From Planctomycetales bacterium (GTDB taxonomy: Bacteria; 4484-113; JAFGCY01): 32,000 nt of DNA. A program made the position numbers and the translations under genes. The stretch is taken from positions 3,450,001 to 3,482,000 of the forward strand of contig CP060262.1 of the NCBI GenBank assembly GCA_022646745.1. The letters run 5' to 3'. The notes under the pieces were generated by a model. That model did no database searches, was not told the origin of the DNA, and saw only the letters and a list, made by a program, of their open reading frames with translations. Shown here one piece after another: positions 10,686 to 18,807 of the stretch (the stretch's first letter is position 1; each line of letters starts with the position of its first letter).

Positions 10686-12071
10686 ATGAAGCGAAGCATG
10701 GCAACACTGCTGCTGGCCTGCTGCATGCTGGCATTTTGCGCGGCACCGCGTCCGGCAATAGCAAAAGAGGCAGGCGATGTGTCCGAGCTGTACATCACGA
10801 TCTACAACGGCGACCTGGCGCTCGTGAAGGAGAAGCGCAGCTTCAACCTTGCCAGCGGCCGCCAGCAGTTCATCCTTGACAATGTCAGCGGGCGGCTTAA
10901 CCCCTCCACCGTGCATCTCTCCTTCCCGGAAGGTGTCGACTTCGAGCTGCTGGAACAGAATTTCGACTACGACCTCGTCAACATGGACAAGATGCTCGAG
11001 AAGTTCATCGGCCGCGAGCTGACGCTCGTTGACGACTACCAGAAGACCGAACAGCGTGTCACCCTGCTGTCAACCTCCGGCGGCCGTGTGGTGAAGGACT
11101 CGCGCGGACAGATCCTGCTCAACCCGCCGGGCCGCATCGTGCTGCCCTCCGGCAGTGCTGACGAGCTGCTGCTGCGCCCGACCCTGTCATGGGACCTGTG
11201 GGCTGGCAAAGCCGGTACGCATACCGGCGAGATCAGCTACCTCTCCGGCGGGCTGGACTGGAAGGCGGACTACGTGGTGATGCTGGCTGCTGACGACGCC
11301 TCCGCAGACATTGAAGGCTGGGTCACGCTCACCAACAACTCCGGCACCACCTTCGAGAATGCCAACCTGAAGCTCGTGGCCGGGGATGTCAACCGCGCAC
11401 CGGAATACGATGGCTACGCAGATGACATGTACATGATGGCCGACGCAGAAATGGCGCAGGAGGCTCCGGGTGGCTTCGCCGAGGAATCCTTCTTCGAGTA
11501 CCACCTCTACGACCTGCAGCGTCCGACCACCGTGCGCAACAACCAGCAGAAGCAGATCGGCCTGCTGACCGCCAGCAGCATCAGCACGAAGAAGCTGTTC
11601 GTGTTCGACGGACGCAACGGCGGGGATGTCAGCGTGAAGGTGCAGTTCGAGAACAGCGAGGAGAACAACATGGGCATGCCGCTGCCGAAGGGCGTCGTCC
11701 GGGTGTTCAAGGCTGACAGCCGCGGCCAGGCCCAGTTCGTCGGCGAGGACCGCATCGACCACACCCCGCGCGATGAGGATGTGCGCCTGACGATCGGCAA
11801 CGCCTTCGACATCAAGGGCGAGACCGTCAGGAAGGACTACAAGGACATCGGCCGCGGCTATACCGAGACCTGGGAGATTACGCTGAAGAACCACAAGGAG
11901 AGCGAGGACGTGACGGTGACCGTCCCATTCAACATCTGGGGCGACTGGAGCATCTTCTCCTCCACCACCGATTACGTGAAGAAGGACGCCAACACCGCCG
12001 AGTTCAAGGTGGATGTGCCCGCTGACGGTGAGACCAGCTTCACCTTCCAGTACCGCGTGGACTGGCGCTAG
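10686..12071 (+). CDS. Secreted DUF4139/DUF4140-like protein, paralog 3
   Basis: 461-aa ORF starting 3 nt after the paralog 2 stop, again preceded by TGG AGG TAG. The signal peptide is MKRSMATLLLACCMLAFCAAPRPAIA. Confidence 0.85.
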   Translation: MKRSMATLLLACCMLAFCAAPRPAIAKEAGDVSELYITIYNGDLALVKEKRSFNLASGRQQFILDNVSGRLNPSTVHLSFPEGVDFELLEQNFDYDLVNMDKMLEKFIGRELTLVDDYQKTEQRVTLLSTSGGRVVKDSRGQILLNPPGRIVLPSGSADELLLRPTLSWDLWAGKAGTHTGEISYLSGGLDWKADYVVMLAADDASADIEGWVTLTNNSGTTFENANLKLVAGDVNRAPEYDGYADDMYMMADAEMAQEAPGGFAEESFFEYHLYDLQRPTTVRNNQQKQIGLLTASSISTKKLFVFDGRNGGDVSVKVQFENSEENNMGMPLPKGVVRVFKADSRGQAQFVGEDRIDHTPRDEDVRLTIGNAFDIKGETVRKDYKDIGRGYTETWEITLKNHKESEDVTVTVPFNIWGDWSIFSSTTDYVKKDANTAEFKVDVPADGETSFTFQYRVDWR

Positions 12072-12073
12072 GC

Positions 12074-12502
12074 ATGGCTGGCCAGACTGCCTTCGTTGAT
12101 AACGACTTCTGCTTCGCCTGCGGGGCGCTCAACCCCGCCGGCCTGCAGCTGGTGTTCGAGCGCGACGGCGATGTGCTCTTCACCCGCTTCCGCCCCAGCC
12201 AGCTCCACCAGGGCTGGCGCGATGTGCTGCACGGCGGGGTGCAGGCCACGGTGTTCGACGACCTGATGAGCAACTGCATGTTCCGTATCCACGGCCTCGG
12301 CGTGGTGACCGCGGAACTGACCACCCGCTTCCGCTCACCGGTGCCACTGGACCGGGAACTGGAGTTCCGCGCCTGGCTGAGCGGCGGCAAGCGTCCGCTG
12401 TGGGAGCTTAGCGCGGAGTGCCGGATCCACGGAGAAAGCGGCGGCCGGCCGCTGTCCACGGCGAAGGGGCGCTTCATGGAGACGCCGACGGAGGGGCGCT
12501 GA
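12074..12502 (+). CDS. Hotdog-fold (PaaI/4HBT-type) thioesterase
   Basis: 142-aa ORF starting 2 nt after the paralog 3 stop. It has the N-terminal CFACGALNPAGLQLVF motif and LHGGVQATVFDDLM. No signal peptide. Confidence 0.75.
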   Translation: MAGQTAFVDNDFCFACGALNPAGLQLVFERDGDVLFTRFRPSQLHQGWRDVLHGGVQATVFDDLMSNCMFRIHGLGVVTAELTTRFRSPVPLDRELEFRAWLSGGKRPLWELSAECRIHGESGGRPLSTAKGRFMETPTEGR

Positions 12503-12571
12503 GCAAGTTGCGGGTTTTTAATTATGGGGCGGCCCGCCGATTAGGTATGTGACCAAAGCCAGGAGTTTCCG

Positions 12572-13522
12572 ATGTACAGACTTGCTCTGCCGGTCCTGCT
12601 GCTGATCCTTGCACTGGCCGGCTGTGGTTCCGGGGATTCCGAGATCATCTCGGACAACCTCGTTGAGAAGGTGTTCAACAACGGCGAGGCCGCGCGCCTC
12701 GAACTGGCCAGTGGCGCGTACGTGGACTTCCCGAGCGGCACCTTCGCCGACCGCCAGGTGGTGAGCATCTCCGACCTGCTCAGCGGTTCGGACAACGTGG
12801 CCACCACCTTCCCGACCACCACGAAATCCATCAATGACCGGATCGGCGCGCTGATCATCAACAGCCCGGTGGATGCCCTGTTCGAGCGGGACATCACCGT
12901 GCGCATGAAGCTGGACAGCGCCCAGACCCCCGGCACCGAGTTCGTGCTTTACATCCACGACTCCGACCTGGGCAGCCGCACCGAGACCTACGACAACAAC
13001 TACGTCACCTGGTACCGCTACGGCAGCTACATCGCCACCGTGGACAGCACCGGGATCTACGCCACCTTCACGCTGGACACCGACGGCAACCGTGGCTTCA
13101 TCGGCACGCTGGCCGTGTTCCGCAACCACACGCTCTCAGACATGGGCAGCGCAGCCACCACCACTGTCAGCGGCCGCGTGCTGGACAAGAACGGATCCGG
13201 CGTCAGTACCGATGTGGAGCTGAGCTACCTCGTGGGCGAGGAGCGCTACCCGGTACGCCTGCTGAACGGAACTATCCCGAGCGGCGGCAGTGTGGCCAGC
13301 GTGGTTTTCAGCGACGCCAGCGGAAACTTCAGCATGCAGGTGCCGGACTTCTACATCAGCCAGATCTTCAACGTGAGCTTTGCGGTGCATGACAGCAACC
13401 GCAGCGAGCAGGATGAGTTCGTGGTGAACCTGCCCTATCCGATCCGTGAGGATGAGGTGAACAACCTCGTTATCCGCTACGGTGAAAACAACATTGTTTC
13501 TGAGCCTGTCGGAACGATCTGA
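12572..13522 (+). CDS. Lipoprotein with a carboxypeptidase-regulatory-like (CarboxypepD_reg) C-terminal domain
   Basis: 316-aa ORF with AGGAG 7 nt upstream of the ATG. The lipobox is LLILALAGC. The VSGRVLDKNGSGVSTDVEL...SDASGNFSMQVP pattern is present. Confidence 0.7.
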   Translation: MYRLALPVLLLILALAGCGSGDSEIISDNLVEKVFNNGEAARLELASGAYVDFPSGTFADRQVVSISDLLSGSDNVATTFPTTTKSINDRIGALIINSPVDALFERDITVRMKLDSAQTPGTEFVLYIHDSDLGSRTETYDNNYVTWYRYGSYIATVDSTGIYATFTLDTDGNRGFIGTLAVFRNHTLSDMGSAATTTVSGRVLDKNGSGVSTDVELSYLVGEERYPVRLLNGTIPSGGSVASVVFSDASGNFSMQVPDFYISQIFNVSFAVHDSNRSEQDEFVVNLPYPIREDEVNNLVIRYGENNIVSEPVGTI

Positions 13523-13552
13523 TCACTCAGGCGTTAACAGGGTTTAAGTCCG

Positions 13553-13583
13553 AGGCGGGGTCTGCTCAGGCCCCGCCTTTTTA
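13553..13583 (+). terminator. Intrinsic terminator closing the DUF4139-thioesterase-lipoprotein operon
   Basis: GGCGGGG (13554-13560) pairs with CCCCGCC (13571-13577) and is followed by TTTTT (13578-13582). It lies 30 nt after the stop at 13522. Confidence 0.8.
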
Positions 13584-13643
13584 GTTAACAGTGGACAGTG
13601 GTCAGAAGTCAGACCTTGAATTTGCCTTTCTGACCACTGACTA

Positions 13644-13673
13644 CTGACCACTGAGTACTGATTCATGTATAAT
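13644..13673 (+). promoter_or_regulatory. Candidate sigma70 promoter for tRNA-Leu
   Basis: CTGACC (13644-13649), an 18-nt spacer, then perfect TATAAT (13668-13673), 17 nt before the tRNA 5' end. It overlaps a 12-bp inverted repeat, CAGTGGTCAGAA (13597-13608) / TTCTGACCACTG (13627-13638), and tandem CTGACCACTGA units. Confidence 0.45.
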
Positions 13674-13690
13674 CTCAGTCCCCTTTGCCT

Positions 13691-13773
13691 GCGGGAGTGG
13701 TGGAATGGCAGACACGCAAGATTAAGGATCTTGTGAGCGAGAGCTCGTGGGGGTTCGAGTCCCCCCTTCCGCA
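13691..13773 (+). tRNA. Class II tRNA, hand-folded anticodon AAG (Leu); no encoded CCA
   Basis: Acceptor GCGGGAG/CTTCCGC with one G-T pair. Anticodon stem CAAGA/TCTTG with loop TTAAGGA. Long variable arm GAGC-GAGA-GCTC. T arm GGGGG-TTCGAGT-CCCCC. Discriminator A. Confidence 0.85.
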
Positions 13774-13969
13774 GATTTCAGATTTCCCTCATTCATGTCT
13801 GCCATCCGTTGCTGCAGCTCCAGGACGATGCAAATCCTCCAGCTCACCATCCCTTCCCGGAAACTATTCACTATTGCATATTTTCACGAATTATTTGTCA
13901 TTACCTTGACTTTGTATTTGTATTCAGGTAAACATATGTATCGTGACTCCAAGGGGAGGAAGGAAGGAT

Positions 13970-14464
13970 ATGGCAGTAATGACTGAAGTGGCCGAAATGA
14001 ACGGCCGTGATTCACAGGTCAGGCCTGAGGACTGGCTGCTCCTGTGGTGCATGGAGCACACGGATGCGGACGAGGACAGCATCCGCCGGGCCAGTGGCCG
14101 GTCCGCTGCGGAGCTGGATGAACTGCGCAGCTCCAACCCGGAAACACTCACTGAGATCCGTGGCCTGCATCGCATGGGGGCGCTGCTCAGCATCAGCATG
14201 CTGTTCGAGCTGCTGCGCCAGCGCCTGGCGGCGATGCTTGCCGTGGCAACGAAACCGGCGGAATTGCGCAGCCTGCTTGGTTCACTGCGCCAGCTGCCTG
14301 GTGCAAGGGAGCTACTCAGGCCGGCACCTTCTGCGACAGGGCAAGTGGGACCAATGGCCGCGGAGCTGGCACAGGTGGAACAGCTCATCGGCGCGGACAG
14401 CTCGCTGTCACGCCAGCAGCTGCGTGCGCTTGAGCGCCGCATGCGCAAGGCACTGGGAAAGTAG
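13970..14464 (+). CDS. Hypothetical helical protein (164 aa from ATG 13970)
   Basis: The ORF track gives 13943-14464. The ATG at 13970 follows GGAGGAAGGAAGGA. The composition is protein-like (MAVMTEVAEMNGRDSQVRPEDWLLLW...). I recognise no motif. The antisense ORF 13924-14478 has Ser/Arg/Ala-rich antisense-type composition. Confidence 0.55.
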   Translation: MAVMTEVAEMNGRDSQVRPEDWLLLWCMEHTDADEDSIRRASGRSAAELDELRSSNPETLTEIRGLHRMGALLSISMLFELLRQRLAAMLAVATKPAELRSLLGSLRQLPGARELLRPAPSATGQVGPMAAELAQVEQLIGADSSLSRQQLRALERRMRKALGK

Positions 14465-14513
14465 GGCAAGGCCACCATGCCTTGCCAAGGATGGCTAATG
14501 CCATCCGCTTATT
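14465..14513 (+). terminator. Tandem hairpins directly after the hypothetical CDS (terminator-like)
   Basis: GGCAAGG-N8-CCTTGCC (14465-14486) and GGATGGC-TAAT-GCCATCC (14489-14506), followed by GCTTATT. The T-tract is weak. Confidence 0.4.
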
Positions 14514-14591
14514 ACGGAAAGGATTCAGGGTAGCGGTGGCGCCAGCGCAGCGGCAGACCGACGAGTGCTTGCACGAGGAGGCAAATCAAAA

Positions 14592-14664
14592 TGGGTCCTG
14601 CAGGATTCGAACCCGCGACCAAGAGATTATGAGTCTCCTGCTCTAACCGCTGAGCTAAGGACCC
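14592..14664 (-). tRNA. tRNA with CAT anticodon, most like lysidine-type tRNA-Ile2 (elongator Met not excluded); no encoded CCA
   Basis: The reverse complement reads GGGTCCTTAGCTCAGCGGTTAGAGCAGGAGACTCATAATCTCTTGGTCGCGGGTTCGAATCCTGCAGGACCCA. The acceptor GGGTCCT/AGGACCC is perfect and the anticodon loop is CTCATAA. The D arm and the CTTGGTCGC variable region resemble E. coli ileX as I remember it. Confidence 0.85.
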
Positions 14665-14676
14665 GTGGGGATGAAG

Positions 14677-14705
14677 AGTTTACTGTGCAGTGCGGGAGTG
14701 GTCAA
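14677..14705 (-). promoter_or_regulatory. Candidate sigma70 promoter for the CAT tRNA
   Basis: On the minus strand: TTGACC (14705-14700), a 17-nt spacer, then TAAACT (14682-14677), 12 nt before the tRNA 5' end. The -35 lies inside the perfect 16-bp palindrome GTCAATCCGGATTGAC (14701-14716), which abuts the stop of the upstream lipoprotein gene. Confidence 0.45.
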
Positions 14706-14715
14706 TCCGGATTGA

Positions 14716-15279
14716 CTAGCCGCTGCCGGCCTCGGTTCCGCCTTCCACCTGCGTCTCACCCTCAGGCAGCACCGGAGTGTCCGTGCGGCGCTTCTCCTCA
14801 AGCACCTGGGTCGGCGCCTGCTCTAGTATCTGCGGGAAGGGGATGCTGACCGGGAAGTAGCCATACTCACCGACTTCCGCATCGCTGCCGAGGTAGAGGT
14901 ACCAGCGGCTTCCGGCCTTGACCCAGCGCAGCGGCTCCATGCTCTCGAAGGCGAAGCCGAGACTCGGCGGCACATCGGTCATCGCAAAGTTGCCTTCGAG
15001 GTTGGCCACCACATCCTCGGCCTTGACCTTCTCGATGCGGTTGTTGGAGGAGCGCGCCGGGGCATTTCCCGCGTTCAGCGCATCCAGGTTATCCTTCGTG
15101 AAACTGTTGCGGTAGGCCGGGCTGAGGAAGCTCGAATAGTCGCGCCCCTGCAGGTTACCCACGCTGAAGTTGTAGTATTCAGCCGCGGTCTTCTGCAGTC
15201 CGGCGGTTGCCCGGCTGCTGACCACCGAGCGGTTGCAGCCCGCGAGCATCAGCAGCGCGGCCAGCGCAAGCAGGGTCAT
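14716..15279 (-). CDS. Lipoprotein, function unknown
   Basis: The track ORF runs 14716-15453. The internal ATG at 15279 gives MTLLALAALLMLAGC, a perfect lipobox (LAGC). The region upstream of it has poor coding character. Confidence 0.7.
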   Translation of the reverse strand: MTLLALAALLMLAGCNRSVVSSRATAGLQKTAAEYYNFSVGNLQGRDYSSFLSPAYRNSFTKDNLDALNAGNAPARSSNNRIEKVKAEDVVANLEGNFAMTDVPPSLGFAFESMEPLRWVKAGSRWYLYLGSDAEVGEYGYFPVSIPFPQILEQAPTQVLEEKRRTDTPVLPEGETQVEGGTEAGSG

Positions 15280-15550
15280 GAACTTATGCGGCTTCACGTA
15301 TTGATTATAGCCCTGAGGGGGTAATGTAAAACGGTGATCGCAGACAGGCCCGCTGTGGATACCCCCACCCTGACCTGTCCGCGTGCTTCCGGGCCGTGGA
15401 TTGACCCGGATTTGAACCGCAGCCGACAGGACAGCAGTTATATAACTAGTCATAGCGCAGCGAGATAGCCGCTGGACAGTTATTCACATTTGCTATACTA
15501 CGGCTCGAGAGTCGTTTCGGCTCCGGGTTGAATCCGAGGGATATTGGTTG

Positions 15551-16360
15551 ATGAACAGAATTCCGGCCACGGAAAGCAGCATCCACGCTGATACGGCAAT
15601 GCTTGCACCCGTCGGCGCGTACACATATGTGAAGCGTGCGCTGGACCTGCTGGGCAGCCTGTTCTTCCTGCTGCTGTTCGCCCCTCTGTTCTGCCTGATC
15701 GCAATCATCGTCAAGCTGGAAAGCCCCGGCCCGGTGTTCTTCCTGCAGAAGCGCCTCGGCCGCCATGGCCGCCAGTTCGGCCTCTACAAGTTCCGCACGA
15801 TCCAGCGTGAGCCGACCCCCGGTGACGAGACCGGCTCGCACATGGCGATCTCCGGCAAGGATGCCGACATCACCCGCATCGGACGCTTCCTGCGCAACAG
15901 TGGCCTGAATGAGCTGCCGCAGCTGATCAACATCTTCCGCGGTGAAATGAGCTTCGTCGGCCCGCGCCCAGCCGTGCTGCACCACGAGCAGTACTACACC
16001 GACTGGCACCGCAAGCGCCTGGCCGTGCTGCCTGGCGTGACCGGCCTGGCGCAGATCTGCGGCCGCAATGTGATCCCCTGGGGCTGGCGCGTGGCGCTGG
16101 ACCGCTATTACGTGGACCACATGGGCTTCGGCAACGATGCGCTGATCTTCCTGAAGACCTTCCCCGTGGTGCTTGGCCATGTCGGCACTGAAGGCGCGGA
16201 GGACCTCTACTTCGACTTCACCCCGCCCGAAGAGTCGATGTTCGCTGAGAATCTCGAGAAGGACGGCATCTGGCGCACCTTCTTCCGCTACAGCTCTGAG
16301 GACGGCAAGTCCGAGATGGTGGAGGACAAGCTCCCCGCCGAACAGAAGCAGACAGCCTGA
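15551..16360 (+). CDS. Polyprenyl-phosphate glycosyl-1-phosphate transferase (bacterial sugar transferase family, WbaP/PglC-like small form)
   Basis: KRALDLLGSLFFLLLFAPLFCLIAIIVKLESPGPVFFLQKRLG, YKFRTI, ITRIGRFLRNSGLNELPQLINIFRGEMSFVGPRP. The track start at 15548 is TTG; the ATG is at 15551. Confidence 0.9.
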   Translation: MNRIPATESSIHADTAMLAPVGAYTYVKRALDLLGSLFFLLLFAPLFCLIAIIVKLESPGPVFFLQKRLGRHGRQFGLYKFRTIQREPTPGDETGSHMAISGKDADITRIGRFLRNSGLNELPQLINIFRGEMSFVGPRPAVLHHEQYYTDWHRKRLAVLPGVTGLAQICGRNVIPWGWRVALDRYYVDHMGFGNDALIFLKTFPVVLGHVGTEGAEDLYFDFTPPEESMFAENLEKDGIWRTFFRYSSEDGKSEMVEDKLPAEQKQTA

Positions 16361-16469
16361 CCAGCCGGATTGATTTGCGCATTTCCCTGGCTGCAATTGC
16401 GATTGCCAGTGTTGCTTGATATGCTGGATACGGACCCTGGAATAACCTGCGCCTGATAGGTGTGACCCG

Positions 16470-18593
16470 ATGCCAATAAACCCGTTGCGCTTTGCTCCTG
16501 CAGTCCTGCTGGGCCTGGCCGCATTCTTCCTTTCAGCCTGCGCTGGTTCTAGCTCCCCCCAGCAATCAACCACTGTTCCCGCGTCCGGCGGCATTTCGGA
16601 GCTTCCCGGGAATGTCAGCCTGCCCTTCCCCTCTGATGAAGGCACAGAGCGTTCAGCCAGGGCGCTTGGCCAGCAGCTGGTACTCGGCAAGGACTACTTC
16701 CGCAAGTCCGCGGATGCGCAGGTGGCGCTCAACGCAATCCAGCTCAGCCCGGCGGGAGCCGCCAACAGCTGGGCGATGTTTCGCTTCGAGGGCCTGACGG
16801 ACTCCGATGTGCTGCAGCAGCTTGATGTCAGCTTCGACATGCTGCCCAAGGACTACTACCTGGCCTTCGCCGACTTTGACAGCGGCCGCTGGCGCTGCGG
16901 ACTGCGTGGCAGTGCCAATGGCGGCAGTGCGGACACTGACATACTTACCTGGCCGAAGGCCTACCGCACCGTCTCTCCCGCTGGCAATGCTTACATAGCA
17001 GTAATCAACGGCGGGACCACGCTGGCAACGCTCAACAGCGTGATCCTGAGCATTGACTTCAGCAACATCGGCCCGCTGGCCGACCTGCAGGCCAGTAGCA
17101 TCCGTGGCAACGCCAGCCTGACGGTGGACTTCGACGCATCGGCCAGCGTCGACCAGGACGGCATGGGCCAGATCGCCCTGTTTGAATGGGACTGGGACGG
17201 CGACGGCAGCTATGACGAATCAGGCAGTGAAGCGCTGGTGCAGCATATCTTCACGGAACCGGGTGTGTACGAAGTCGGCCTGCGCGTGACCGATGACAAC
17301 GACGGCCTGACTGACACGGATGCGCAGGTGATCCGCGTGCTCGGCTGGCACCACAGCATCGGCACGGATGAAGGAGAAGTCTCCACCAGTGTTAACACTG
17401 TCGGCAACCAGGTGGTGGGCGTCGGCTACGGCATCCCCGCGCAGGGCATCCAGTTTGATGCCAACCTGTTCTGTTTCAGTGAACTTGGCGAAGCGCGCTG
17501 GTTCCGCAACTGGGGCGACCCCGACAGCCTCGACCAGTTCTACGACATTGCCGGCATGCCGGATGACGGCTTCGTGGCCGTCGGCCTGAGCTACGGCTTC
17601 AACGCACAGAACGGCGCTGTCACAATCGTGCGCTTTGACCGCAACGGTTATCCCCTCTGGCAGAAGCTGTGGGATTCCAGTGGCAATGAGTATGCCAGCG
17701 GTGTGGTGGCGGACACGAGCGGGAACATCTATGTCTCCGGTTCATCCTTCGGCTTCCGCGCTGACAGCGAGCAGGATGCGATCCTGCTGAAGCTCAGTGC
17801 GGATGGTGACCTGCTCTGGCAGTACCGCTATACCGACACTGAAACCACGAATCCGACCGGGATATGCTTCTCCGGCAATGACAGCGTCCTGCTGAGCACC
17901 TGGGCGGATTCCTACACCAAGACCCGCTCCGTCGGCCTGCTGGAAGTCAACTACGACGGGCAGCTGATAGACCAGAAAGTGATCGAAGTGGACGGCATCG
18001 CTCATTCCACGGACATCGTCGTGGACCGCACGGGGATTATCTACATCAGTGCCTACCACAACAACTTCCAGGACCTCGGCGTTTACTGCATGCTGGTCAA
18101 GCTGAATGCCAGCAAGGCCGTTACCTACGTCTCGCGCTGGGGCCATGAGGATGAGGCCCAGGCCTGGTCCCTCTATCTACGCTACCCTGCCCTGCTGGGC
18201 AGTCCCGACGTAATGGTGCTCGGGAACAGCAAGGCCGGTTCCACCTACCACCCGCTGCTGACCCGCCTGAACCCGAACGGCACCCTCGATGAGGCATTCT
18301 CCTGGTTCAGCCCGAACGGTTACTACACAGGCACAATCGGCTTCGGCCCACTCGGTGGAATCGTGCTGGCCGGTTCCGCCTACAACAACAACATCACCTA
18401 TACGGGCATTACGCCGATAATCTCCTTCATTCCCAGTACGACTCCCGCAGGAACATGCACAGGCCATGCGGTGAGTGGAATCTTCTCCGACATCAGCGGC
18501 GAACTGACGGATGTGCCGGCGGAACTCGATCAGGAACGCGATGACAACAATCAGGACTGCTTCGTGGGAGCCTACTTCCCGGATGATCTGTAA
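16470..18593 (+). CDS. Large lipoprotein with a PKD domain and beta-propeller (SBBP-like) repeats
   Basis: 707 aa. The lipobox is AAFFLSAC. PKD-like segment: LTVDFDASASVDQDG..FEWDWDGDGSYDESG..GVYEVGLRVTDDNDGLTDTD. Repeated segments resemble YASGVVADTSGNIYVSGSS. Confidence 0.8.
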   Translation: MPINPLRFAPAVLLGLAAFFLSACAGSSSPQQSTTVPASGGISELPGNVSLPFPSDEGTERSARALGQQLVLGKDYFRKSADAQVALNAIQLSPAGAANSWAMFRFEGLTDSDVLQQLDVSFDMLPKDYYLAFADFDSGRWRCGLRGSANGGSADTDILTWPKAYRTVSPAGNAYIAVINGGTTLATLNSVILSIDFSNIGPLADLQASSIRGNASLTVDFDASASVDQDGMGQIALFEWDWDGDGSYDESGSEALVQHIFTEPGVYEVGLRVTDDNDGLTDTDAQVIRVLGWHHSIGTDEGEVSTSVNTVGNQVVGVGYGIPAQGIQFDANLFCFSELGEARWFRNWGDPDSLDQFYDIAGMPDDGFVAVGLSYGFNAQNGAVTIVRFDRNGYPLWQKLWDSSGNEYASGVVADTSGNIYVSGSSFGFRADSEQDAILLKLSADGDLLWQYRYTDTETTNPTGICFSGNDSVLLSTWADSYTKTRSVGLLEVNYDGQLIDQKVIEVDGIAHSTDIVVDRTGIIYISAYHNNFQDLGVYCMLVKLNASKAVTYVSRWGHEDEAQAWSLYLRYPALLGSPDVMVLGNSKAGSTYHPLLTRLNPNGTLDEAFSWFSPNGYYTGTIGFGPLGGIVLAGSAYNNNITYTGITPIISFIPSTTPAGTCTGHAVSGIFSDISGELTDVPAELDQERDDNNQDCFVGAYFPDDL

Positions 18594-18745
18594 TCCGGAG
18601 CCGCGTTGCGTAGTCACGCAGTGACGAAGCTGCGCAGGCTCTCCTTAGCAATGAGTAGGGAGCAATGAGCAATGAGCCAAACTCAGCCTGAGGTTATCTC
18701 GCAGCCAGCCTGACTCATTGCTCACTCTTCATTGCTCATTGCTGG
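18594..18745 (+). repeat. Repeat family A, copy 1 (152 bp), left flank of the low-GC cassette
   Basis: A gapless hand alignment to 20717-20868 gives 131/152 identical positions. It contains CCGC-GTT-GCGG, GTCAC-GCA-GTGAC and self-complementary (GCAATGA)n / (TCATTGC)n arms. Confidence 0.9.
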
Positions 18746-18807
18746 CAGTCCGGGAAGGAGCTGCCCGCTTTAGCGGCAGTAGGCGCAGCGTTAGGAGTCA
18801 CACTGAA

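Noticed and set aside
7861-12071. A diversity-generating retroelement acting on the variable linker of the DUF4139 paralogs
   Set aside because: There is no reverse transcriptase and no template repeat in the window. The differences are indels and wholesale replacement rather than adenine-specific substitutions.
13924-14478. The minus-strand 184-aa ORF as the real gene between the tRNAs
   Set aside because: It has Ser/Arg/Ala/Cys-rich antisense-like composition and no RBS. The plus-strand frame has an RBS-like GGAGGAAGGAAGGA before ATG 13970 and a balanced helical composition.
18650-18745. GCAATGA / TCATTGC tandem units as a CRISPR array or a coding heptad repeat
   Set aside because: Only two or three units occur per arm, with no regularly spaced unique spacers, and the arms are mutually complementary. 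It is a hairpin-forming repeat, not a CRISPR.
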